This document shows, piece by piece, positions 1-11,112 of a stretch of 64,000 nt of DNA. Numbering within the stretch: position 1 is the first letter of the stretch; each line of letters starts with the position of its first letter. Source of the stretch: Ruditapes philippinarum (lineage: Eukaryota); assembly GCF_026571515.1 (NCBI RefSeq), contig NW_026857948.1:1-64000 (forward strand). Reading direction: 5' to 3'. Both the position numbers and the translations under genes were made by a program. The notes under the pieces were generated by a model. That model searched no databases. It saw only the letters and a list, made by a program, of their open reading frames with translations, and was not told where the DNA came from.

Positions 1-1034
1 CCCCTTAGTATGCTTTTATAGACATATGACATATGACACTCCTTCACAGAATGTAAGATGTCTAAAAATAGACGATTGATCTAACGGTTGCAATTAAAAC
101 AGTATTAAGAATAATTGAAGAAACATTTAAGCTTTAATTTATTTATTTTCGAACAAAGATGCAGATATAATTTATAAGGCATATTATGCCTCAGAAATAA
201 ATATTTTTTACTTCTTTAAAAAGGGCTTAAAAAGGGCAAACATGAATTTTATAATGTTTAAATAATGGTTTTAGAGAATGTTAATTGCTTGTTACCTATA
301 GAAAGTAGCGATAAATGTGATATAATTAGCAATAAAAGTAGCAAAATGTAAACAAAGTAGTATTTTTCCATACAGAATACTATATCAAATGAGAAAGATG
401 GTTAAGGTAATTGGACAATGAGTACTGTTTTGGATACCATAAAAATACACCAAAATTAAAAAGCTTTTGATAAATAAAGATAAAAGCATTTCAGAAGCAT
501 AATGAGCCTTTAATGTTTAAAGTTAGGTGACTGATGCTACTTACTGTAATTGTGATAATACATAATAGGAAAATCAGAATGATTTGCAAGAACACGCGAC
601 ACTTATGTTGCAAGCAATTAATATTTAGAAATGATATCTTAGGCTCTAAATGTAATTTTGCTTCATTTAATTTTATTTGATGCAATAAAACACTAAAAAT
701 CCGAGTAAATACAAAAGTTGTATACATGTACTCTGAATGAATTTCATTTGATTACTTTTGTGAGCAAGATATGATTCGATATTCATGATGTACTTTATAA
801 TATTTCTAACCTTCTACAAGGAACATTGATAATCCATTTAAATCAGCTGCTGTCAAACAACAAATATACCCTGAATTTATAAAAATCGTGTTCGTTAATT
901 TCAATATAATAATGGGACATGACAAGTGGAAAGTAATGTATAAAAACATTTGCCTAAGAGTTGGTGAACTTATGAGTATACCAAGATTGACTTATGATTG
1001 TATCATAGTTTGGGGTCCTTTCTGTTGAAAATCC

Positions 1035-1380
1035 GTATACGATAAACATACACAGTGTGTTAACTGGTGTGAAGGTATTAGCTTCCCGCACTCCAGAGCA
1101 TGCCCATTTATTGGCTCATTGTTCCTAGGATTTACTTATTGTGACGACAGAGAAAGGGATAGCGATAGAAATATCAAATTCAAATGCTCTTTCATTGGTT
1201 TCTGTTTGCAGGGGTTTCATATTGTGACAACAGAGAACGTGTTTTTATTTTTGCATGCGATACAAAAGAGAAAGAGCATCAAAACACTCGGCAATCTGAT
1301 TTATACGCAGGGGTTACGCCTCCCCCTCCAAGTACAAATCAGATAGCCTCGTGTTTCGATACTCTTTCTATTACGTATAC
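1035..1380. mobile_element. Non-autonomous (MITE-like) element with internal long hairpin
   Basis: GTATACG...CGTATAC ends; ~37-bp imperfect inverted arms at 1270-1306 and 1332-1368; internal direct repeat tattgtgac(g/a)acagagaa at ~1137 and ~1220. Confidence 0.6.
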
Positions 1381-4300
1381 AATCAAAGCACTGAATGTAC
1401 TGATGGGGAGGCTATGAGAGAATGTTTCAGACTAATAGTTTCTTTTTTCTTTTTGCTTAAAATATGCTACCAAAATAAAAAGATATGCACATTGCGCTAT
1501 TTATCCTTACTGTTGTGTTCAACCATTCATATATATGGTTAATGTGGTTGACTATTCATTTTGTTAATATTCCAGAACATTTCATTGAGGTCTACATTCG
1601 GACTGTTAATCATGCAAATTTTGAAAAACCTAAACTGTCAATAATAAATGACATACCAGCAAGTATGACGACTGTTCATTATCAGATAACAATAACATTT
1701 TACAACTGACGGTTCCTTATCAAAATATTCTAGGACTGTTCATCATAAATACTTTATGTCATTTTAATATTATTGAATGATAATAACAACTGCAAGTGAT
1801 GCAACATTTTATTGAACATAAAAAATTATACACGTTTAGATGTACCATAATTGAGATCAATTAGATACTGTCTTGTGATGAGTATTAATATTCATGCTCT
1901 ACGGACAGAAGGTTGTCTTCTCCAGAAGCAAATCTCGAATAAAATCACGTTTCAGAAAATTATTCCCATTTCATTACTGACGGCGTCGGATAATATTAAA
2001 GCTAAATATTTCTTACATATCTGCAAAGCTTTTTCAAAACTGAATCAACCTAAGTGAAAATTGATCAGGAAGTTATATCTTCTTTTTTACCGCCAACTCT
2101 CAACCAACTTATGGTAGTTAATCGATAGATTCTACGTGTATTTTTAAACCTCACTAGCTTGAAATATATTGCGGAAAATCTGTTGTTAACAGGGTGTGCG
2201 GTTATTACGTAGGGTTTTCCCTGTCGACCATTTCCCGCAAATAGATGAGAACATCGAACCCGTCAGTGCTATGAATGGTGTTATAAATGGCGTGTTTTGG
2301 AAGTTTTTGTTGAAACTTCTCCAAATCCCTCCACAGGCGTGCACGTCGCGGAGAAGGCACACGGAAGGTCATAGTCAAGTCATCATAAGTACCAGAGGTG
2401 ATTGGTTGACCTGTCGTGACTTACTCTGGAGGTTTGGCGCTAATAGATGCCGTTTTTGTTGTCGTCAGTCAGAAAGTTGATGCCTTGACGGTATTGTCGT
2501 CTCCTTTACCACCAAGGAACGAAGAATGGGCTTCCAGGAAGAATCTGCTTGAAAAAGACGTCCCAGATGCATGATCTCGGACATATGGTTATTCCGGCGC
2601 CGAGTATAAATAAACTTAAAACACACACACTTTTGTTGAAAACAAAACAAAAAAACAACAACACAATTTCTGTAGTAATTTTTCAAGTGTTGTAAAATGA
2701 ATAAGAAATTCGTCTTATGGCGCCGATTATTTTTAGAACACAAACATAAACGTTCTTTTTTTTTTATTTTTCAAATAAACATTAATCACTTAAGCGCGCG
2801 CAAATATCGTTTTCAAATTAAAGTTTCGCAAGATATGTTAATGACTTCCCGATGCTCGACTGTAAGTAATTTGTATATGTATGCGGTTTTTTTTTGTTTG
2901 TTTTTGTTTTTTTAATTAAAGCTTCTTATTCTTTAATATTTTTATGTATCTCATAATCTGTATTGAAAATTTGAATTTTATTACACATGGAGTATCAAAT
3001 TATGATGTATGCCCTAGAATTGAATAAACTTTCTAATTACACAATACGGGGTCATACTGATCTTTGCGTCTTTCTCTGAAATAATTATTTCCTTGTTTAA
3101 AACATATTTGACCACATATTTCTGTCAATTAACTGTTCACTTTACTTCCGATTTTTGTTGTACGGAAACACATGTTTCTATTTGTATTTTCTAATCAATT
3201 CGAATCTATAATCAGTTTAATGGGATCACCACCGGGTAAACGACTACTAGGTACTTTGGTCATGTTTTTTACCCCAAATATTTGAATGTTTCTATTGGGA
3301 TTAAAATGAGCATAGTTAACTAAACAACTGGTTGTATAAATCCCTGACCTGTCTTTTAGAATTCTAATTATGAGATTAGTGAATATATAAGACTTTCACT
3401 ACAAAATATCCTAAACAAAAGAGCACATGTTTAAATTTATTCCTATACAAATAAAAGATCAGAGTAGGGATCTGTCAATTGCCAAAGATACTTTTATGTT
3501 AAAAGTTTTGATTAATGAATTATGTAAGGTGAAAATATAAGTATTGCTTTTTTTATTTTGCTAATGTAAAAATGTAATATTGTGCTGGAATTTTGTCGGA
3601 GGGTCCTTAGGGGTTTTGTAGTTAAATAGTTTTTTTTCGGCGATAATGGTTCAAGAATATAATGTTTTCAAACTATATGTTCATCACCATCAGTAAATTT
3701 TTAGTTAAATGTATTCAAAATATTTACTAACAGCTATATGATATAGCGGTTTATGAGCGTTTTCCGCGTACAGCCTCCTGGGGTGTACTAATAAGTTAGT
3801 TTTCCTTAGTTATCACGCAAGCATGATCCATGTCTCTGATGTAAGCGACAGTTTACAATTATTTGTCTTTAAAAAATATTAAGGACTATTAATGGTTTAT
3901 AACAACAAAAGAACATGCATGATATTGAGAATACGGTGTTGCAACGTTCTAGTTAATGACCCGTCATAAACAGTTGGTCGCTGCGTAGTAATTGGAAAAT
4001 TGTTATCAAAAATAATAAAGAATATTTGCCACTAAATTAAAGCATTTACTTATAAATTTTCATTTATGCTTTTTGTTAAAAAAAATATTGATAAAGTTAT
4101 TATTTTGAAGGGTTTTCATACCAGAACTAATTATTACAGACGTACGTATGCCTAAACCTGATTACCGCGGCAGTATGACGTCACGGAGTAGTGATTTAAA
4201 CAAAAATCAAGAATTTTTCAGAGAATTATTATCTTTACAAATTGCAGATATGAAATTAAAGAATGAAAATATTTTCATATTGTAAATGTCTGTGATGAGT

Positions 4301-5341
4301 GATGAGTTAGCTTAGAAAAAATCAAGGTACTATTTTTTGACCTGATTACCGCGGCAGTAAGATTTGACGGACGGTTATTAACATTGGGTCGGCATAGCCT
4401 CCCCAAAAACGTCAACATTTGATATTTATGTTACATGTTAGATATGTTGTCTATCTAGAAACTGTTCAGAGATGGAACTGCTGTATAACAAAAATATATA
4501 TTACTAATACTATTAACTTTCATTAAAAGAAATATGTTTCTTCATCACTTGAAATTATATTCATATCATCTATTTTTTGCGAGATAGAGGTTATAAGATA
4601 TAAAAGAAAAACATGTTGCTTATAAACAAGTAGCAGACTAAACATGTGTATTAGTGTTGATGGTGGGTTTTGTTTGTATCCCATTGGTAAATATTAAGAA
4701 TTAATTTACGAAGGCAGGGGAATTTGGTGAAATAGTCTTTTGATATATATAATGTCGTTATTTGGCTGCAAGTTTGGAGCTCTTATTGCATTATTATAAT
4801 GTGTATTTTATTTCTGTACAGAACAACAATATTTTGTTTTGAAATTTCCATTTACATAAGTGTGTCCTATTATCTATCATTAAACTGCATTTAGATAATT
4901 TTTTAGAAATTACTTAATTTAATTTGTTTACCGACGCCAAACTTTCCCCCTGAAGTGAAATGGTAGTTAAAATAACTTTCATTTGTATCAGTGAGGCAAA
5001 GTCATGACAATTCTAACAAATTAAATTACCTCTAAAATATTTGACATTTTGCTTCATCCGTTTTAATTTATCATTGCAAGAAATGAAAATTCCTTTTAGC
5101 TGTTTATTGCTAAATTTTTCATTCACGTTCATGCTTTGATTCATCATTGCAACCTGCAAATGATTTTCTGCAATGCAGATTTAGGGAATTTTTGCTTTTG
5201 CAAACTAAAGTTTTCCGTCTTTGCTTTTGATAGGATTGGTATTGAATAATTATAATAACTGAATAAAGTCAATGACTTTTTGAAAATTAACTGACATAGT
5301 TGCTTTGATGCTTATTATGTCGGAGATAAAGCTTCAACAAA

Positions 5342-5578
5342 TGAGCCGCGTCACGACAAAACCAACGTAATGCGTTTGCGACCAGCATGGATCCAGACCA
5401 GCCTGCGCATCCGCGCAGTCTTATCAGGATCCATGTTGTTCACTTACAAACCCTATTACAAGTAGAGAAACTGATAGCGAACAGCATGGATCCTGATCAG
5501 ACTGCGCGGATGCACAGGCTGGTCTGGATCCATGCTGGTGGCAAACGCACTATGTTGGTTTTGTCGTGACGCGGCTCA
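5342..5578. mobile_element. Palindromic MITE (~237 bp)
   Basis: Inverted arms of ~100 bp: tgagccgcgtcacgacaaaaccaac...gttggttttgtcgtgacgcggctca, with internal catggatcc/ggatccatg symmetry. Confidence 0.92.
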
Positions 5579-7601
5579 AATCTCTTTGTACATAATATTA
5601 TGTTCAATTTACAACTAAAATGTTTTGAGAATAAACAATTGTCACCTTAACGATGAATATTTTGTCATGTATATAGAAATATGTAAATAGATTTGCGACA
5701 CCTTTTAATCTAAGCATCATTTCAGCAATTCATTTCATATAAAGAAATTTTAAAAAACATGTAAATAAAAGACCAAAGTAATACTTTTATCAGTAAGCAC
5801 TTATTGGGTGTTGAACTAGACAGTTCGCAGTGCATTTATAAAGCCAGTCAGACACATTGCCTTTCCCTATGAATAAACAAACTATTAATATCGAGTATTT
5901 CGATAATAAACAGTATAATTTCAACACAGACATATCTTAACCTTGAGGACACGCAGCATCTACCTTCCTATTAAAAACGAGGCATTTTTCAAATCTGACA
6001 TACAACATGAAAACCGGTACCGTTGGCCTACTTGTTAAGGCCAATATTTTATTTTACTTGTTAATTTTTTATTTTTAGAAATGTATTTTAGTGATGTTGA
6101 GAATAAACACCAGATTTTTCGTTACTTCACTTCGGTGTTGTCGAGTACCACTAAAGCCGGTGCTATGGGGTGTTGCACTGTTTCGTTATCTATCATATAC
6201 AGACTCAATCAATTTTGTTGTGATTAATACTTCCGAGGGATCATCTTTCTTCCAGATTTTTTACAGCTCGCATCCTACATTATTGTTAGGAAATACAAGG
6301 TCACAAAGACATATCACATATCATTGATATTACTAGTATACAATTAAGAAAGTATCAATATAGATGCCTCACCATTTGAATCTTTATATACTATTGTGTG
6401 TCGTCGTTCAATATAAGGTAAATGTGTACATTGTCGATTGTTTAAGAATAATACATTACGTAGCTTTTATCTTAATAATATAACTCCAAAATTTAGGACA
6501 AACTAAGTCTGATATTGATGTATTATTTTTCGAAATGCGGTGTAAAAAGAATGAAATATAAATGTTAGAAAACAAACATACGATATTTAAATAATAAAAG
6601 TAAAACAAACACATACACTTATTACTTGTATTTTCTTTTCTTTCCAGCATTATAGAAACTGTATTATAGAAAACAGGCCTATTTAAAGAGTGATTGTCGT
6701 ACTAGCAATAAGTAGATCAAACAAGCAGAAGGGAATGAAATGTGAGAACTAAACGACTGACGTCTTTTGAAAAACAAAAGAGAGAGAAAATATCGGGGTT
6801 GATGCTGGTCTGCTAAATGATTAGAACGTCATACAACGACAGATTATATCTAATTGATTCAAGATATATATCGAATTATTGCGTCAAACAATTATCTTAG
6901 AATCTCATAAACAATTTTATTTGATAAAGCATAAGTTATATATGTCTTATTTTAGCTGATTATGGGGTATAAATTTTAAAAAACCCATGCATATACAACG
7001 GAAATATGTCGTGTCAATATGTATCATAGGAATGAATTGTTAAAATAAATAAACATTGCACAGTTTTGCAAAGCAGATAGTTTATTTCAAAGCAAATGTG
7101 TTTAAGTAACTACATTTTAAAATCGTGAACAATTATTGTCAATAGGGGATGATATACTAGAACAATGCCGCAAGTTCAAGCTACATGACGCAAACCACTG
7201 TATCTGTCCTATATTCGCCGGAGATAAACAATCATTTACAGATATACCTACAAACTAGTAACTGTCTGCTCTGTTCGTAAATTACTTTAATTAAATGATT
7301 GCACTTTACACATAACATACCTCATGAGGCTTATTAGTTTAATAATGCTGTCTTTGCTGATGCTATTTTACTAGTAAACGAATAGTTTTGTTTTATTTTC
7401 AAACTTTATATTTGAAATACATGTACCATGTAGTGGGAATGATTTGACAAGCGGAATTCTCCTTTCATATTACTCAGCATCAACTAAGTCGAACAGCAGG
7501 TGTCAAGCGCCGTGTGCCAGCTGTGAAAATTTGTCCCGTTCTTCACTTCAGTGTTGTTATTTTTTTTTTTTGGTCCTTCGAGATCACTGATTCCAACACT
7601 T

Positions 7602-7943
7602 TTAAAGATCCTGTAACTCAATTTTGTATGGTTTTATGTCATGCACAAATGAAGGTTTATCAATATTGAAAGTTCCAAAAAGCATTATTTGTAAAGATAT
7701 TACCGAATTTACATTTCATGTTAAAACAGAGGTAATTAGAAATTTATATTCTGTGAAGTTTAAGTTATTTTTTCATTAAGAAATGAATGCATATATGATT
7801 ACATATAATGTGGACAAATATTTGTAGTACATATTTTACATATTCTTTGATGTTTAAAGATTGTTTTAGAAGCATAATTATATACATATAAAATTTCACT
7901 TCAGTGTGGTAAAAACCTTAATTACAACATGCAGGATCTTTAA
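7602..7943. mobile_element. Non-autonomous TTAA-flanked DNA element (Kolobok-like MITE)
   Basis: TTAA-AGATCCTG...CAGGATCT-TTAA termini. TTAA target plus purine-purine ends is the Kolobok pattern. Confidence 0.6.
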
Positions 7944-8759
7944 GTGTTGAAAATTAAAAAGAAACGCCCAAACCGGTACTAAGGGGCATGAGGGATGCTG
8001 CATTTTTTCATTATCCATTATGTACAGACTCAAACAGAAACCGAGTCTGCAATTTTCATGTAATTTTGTTGTGACTTATGCTTCCGAGGTATCACACTGT
8101 ATTCATGATTTTTTACAATCAAAATAAAATTTAGATGATTGACATCAGGTTGTGTAAACGTAATCGGTAGTCGACTTACATCATTATTCTGGTATTTGAT
8201 GTTTGTAAACCATACAATTGTATCTATGTTTTCTTTTGTTATTTTGTTTATTTTTCGTATCTCTACTGATTACATAGCTGATATGGAAATTACTATATAT
8301 AAATAGTCACAATAAAACGTTGCCAAAACAACATATTCTATTACTATTCAAATGGAGTGTGTTTTGGGGTCCATTATATTTTAGCTTATGTGCCGGTCAC
8401 TTTCATGGGTTTTAAAAGGCATCGTTTTTCTCGATTACAGACATCACAATATAGCTACATGTATACACTTTTTGAGATAAAGCAAAATTGAATATCGTAA
8501 AAGTCGAAAAGAAAGAAAAGAAATTTGTATAAGTACCACAACAATTCAACTGCAATGTAGATTTTAAATTTAAGTAACAATAAAGATTCTATGAATCCTT
8601 GCATAAAATGCAATATGAACACTTACTTATATGTACTGAAGTCATTTGTGACTCGCCTTTATCTCGGATAAAGAACGCTGATTATATACAGAAGAAACAA
8701 TGAAAACAAAACGAAACACACATGATAACGTTTACTGATGAAGTTATGACAAGATTCAT

Positions 8760-9136
8760 TGAAATGCCTCCGACAGATCCTACAAATCATATGTCCATAA
8801 AAGATCAGCAATTCAGAACTGTGGAATAAAACAGGCCAGCCATCTATTACAAGCACCATCAAGAAACGTAAATGGCACTGGATAAAGACACATTCTGAGG
8901 CGACCCCAACACAACATCACAAGGCAAGCTCTGGATTGGATCCTCGAGGTAAAAGAAGAAGAGGTAGACCAACAACCACTTGGAGAATAACAATAGAAGC
9001 TGAGCTGAAAAGTTGCAATATCACCTGGGCAGAAGCAAAAAGAGCAGCAAAGAAACCGACCCAGATGGAGAGCGCTGTTATTGATGCCCTTTGCCCCACT
9101 AGGGGATAACAGGATTAGGTCAGGTAGGTCAGGTCA
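8760..9136 (+). mobile_element. 5'-truncated, decayed RTE-type LINE (C-terminus of RT ORF and 3' tail)
   Basis: Translates with frameshifts and a stop to CLRQILQI..KISNSELW.KTGQ..I...IKKRKWHWI/HILRRP.HNITRQALDW/PRGKRRRGRPTTTWR..IE.ELK..NITWAEAKRAAK/..RWRA..DALCPTRG*. Ends in a (ggtca)n-like tail. Confidence 0.88.
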
Positions 9137-10374
9137 TGAATTGTACCATGCACTTTGATTGTGAATCAGCTGTACCCATGTAAAGGATGTATCACTAAAA
9201 CATAGAAAACATGCATCGAATATGAAGTAGTGACATAAATGAGAATAACAAAAGTAATGATTACTAAACCTGAACATGGACTGACTGATTTAGATCACGT
9301 AAAATACTCCTGGCTTAAGGAGAAAACTGAAACATACAGATAGCAGATAACATAATGAAACCGCTTTTGTGCTTATAAGACAGTGATCAATAAACCTTAA
9401 ATTTGACGTGTCTGTACCATTAAGCACAAGGATTCTGATCAGGAAACAAAGGTCAATGGAACAACATTGGAATTCGTTTCAAAATCAAGTTTATATAATA
9501 TCTGATGTTACTAAAGCAAAAGCGGTCAATTCATTTTAACACGACAAAGCATCTAATACCAGTAGTTAACTACATGTATAAATATAAAGTGGACATGATA
9601 TCATGGCCATCGTTACCTACGATTTTTCTTAAGCGTTAGCTTCAGTGTTCTTTATTATTTGTCGAAGATCAAGTTTGGTGTCTAAAACGTCTCATTGGTA
9701 TAATTATAGAGCAGTGCACCAACTCAAGTGTCAGTTTATTGTTGACTTAGACCAAAGTCCTTATTGTTTACTAAACAAAGATAAATCATTATAGGAAAAG
9801 ACATGATTTGCCATGATTTACATTTAGTACGTACTTGATCTAATAAATGGAGTATAGTCTGAAATACATTAATATATAACAATTGAACATATTGTTTTCA
9901 TGTTTCAAAACAGAGATAGAATAATAAACATCATTCTTTAAGACAACATAATTTTTTTATTACTAATAATTACTAAATATGAAACAAAACAGATAAAAAA
10001 AGACTTTTTAAGACATGAGTTAAGTAATAGTTTCAGACGTAAAATGATAGCAGTGTTTCTCATCTATTTGATGAAAAAATTACGTCAAGTAAAACAATTT
10101 TAGGAGAAACTCTTTTCTAAGAAAATGCATTAGTTTTCAAGAACGGAAATTGCACTTTCCATAAATGTAAGTTGACGTGTGCACTTATAGGAATTATGCA
10201 AAAGTGATGAGATATTTTCCTGTTTAACTCCACAATCAGTCAGTTAATATGTCATTTTAGAAATACATTCTTTACACACCTTCAGCAACTCTTGGACCAT
10301 CCAGGTAGGTGAAGGTGTCCATTTATTGTTACGAGTTGACTGTTAAAGCAAATTACCTTTAATAAAACAACGTT

Positions 10375-10458
10375 AATGAATGAATGAATGAATGAATGAA
10401 TGAATGAATGAATGAATGAATGAATGAATTAATTAATTAATGAATGAATTAATTAATT
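10375..10458. repeat. (GAAT)n microsatellite grading into (TAAT)n
   Basis: About 13 consecutive gaat units followed by mixed taat/gaat units. Confidence 0.97.
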
Positions 10459-10922
10459 GGATATTAAGGAAAATTTCAAAACAACAAGAGCTTTATTCAG
10501 GTTAATGTATTTGTATTGTTTAATGTTTTATCTTATTAAAATTTTTAATTTTTAAGAGCTAGTTCACTACCTAATTTGTAAGGAAAATCAAATGCTTATC
10601 GATAAAGTATCGTTGTCATAGAGAAACAATGTATTTAATGTCTCACTTGCAGGATGGTATCAATGACGATAGGTGTTGGCGTCTTGCAATCTGCCATAAT
10701 ATTGTTAATAATGCGACCAACAACACTTTTACAAAATGACGCTTATGTTGTTTCCAAATAGAAAATAATATACACGTTACAATGTTTACTCGAATAAATG
10801 TATATTAAATAATGGAACAAAGTAAACTACAAAATATATTGTATATTGTAAAACTCTTTTTTGTTATAATGTACATTCCACTTACCTAGTTACAGGTAGG
10901 TAGGTAGTCTACATTTAATGTG

Positions 10923-11112
10923 GGTCCATCTGCTCGCAAGGGCACAAAAAAGCACAAAAAACCATCACCAGTCATGCACTTAAAGAGTTAATTTTGAAGT
11001 GGTGATAATTTACCTCTAATACCACAAAGTATTGGCCAAAGATATGATTTTTTAGTCAAAAGTAGGTAATTGTACGGCGTAAATACCTAAATGTATAGTG
11101 ACCTGAGACAAT
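10923..11112 (+). mobile_element. DNA-transposon terminal sequence, copy A (inverted relative to 14665-14886)
   Basis: Aligns with the reverse complement of 14665-14886 at ggtccatc, gggcacaaaaa, tcacca.tcatgcacttaa, agtatt.gccaaagatatga, aaagtaggt, gtacggcg and acctgagacaat. Confidence 0.8.

Noticed and set aside
1270-1368. Structured ncRNA or pre-miRNA
   Set aside because: The hairpin sits within a repeat-like element and there is no independent ncRNA evidence.
5387-5569. 60-aa ORF MDPDQPAHPRSLIRIH...
   Set aside because: Lies entirely within a palindromic MITE.
8917-9099. Hydrophobic minus-strand ORF
   Set aside because: Antisense reading of the RTE LINE fragment.
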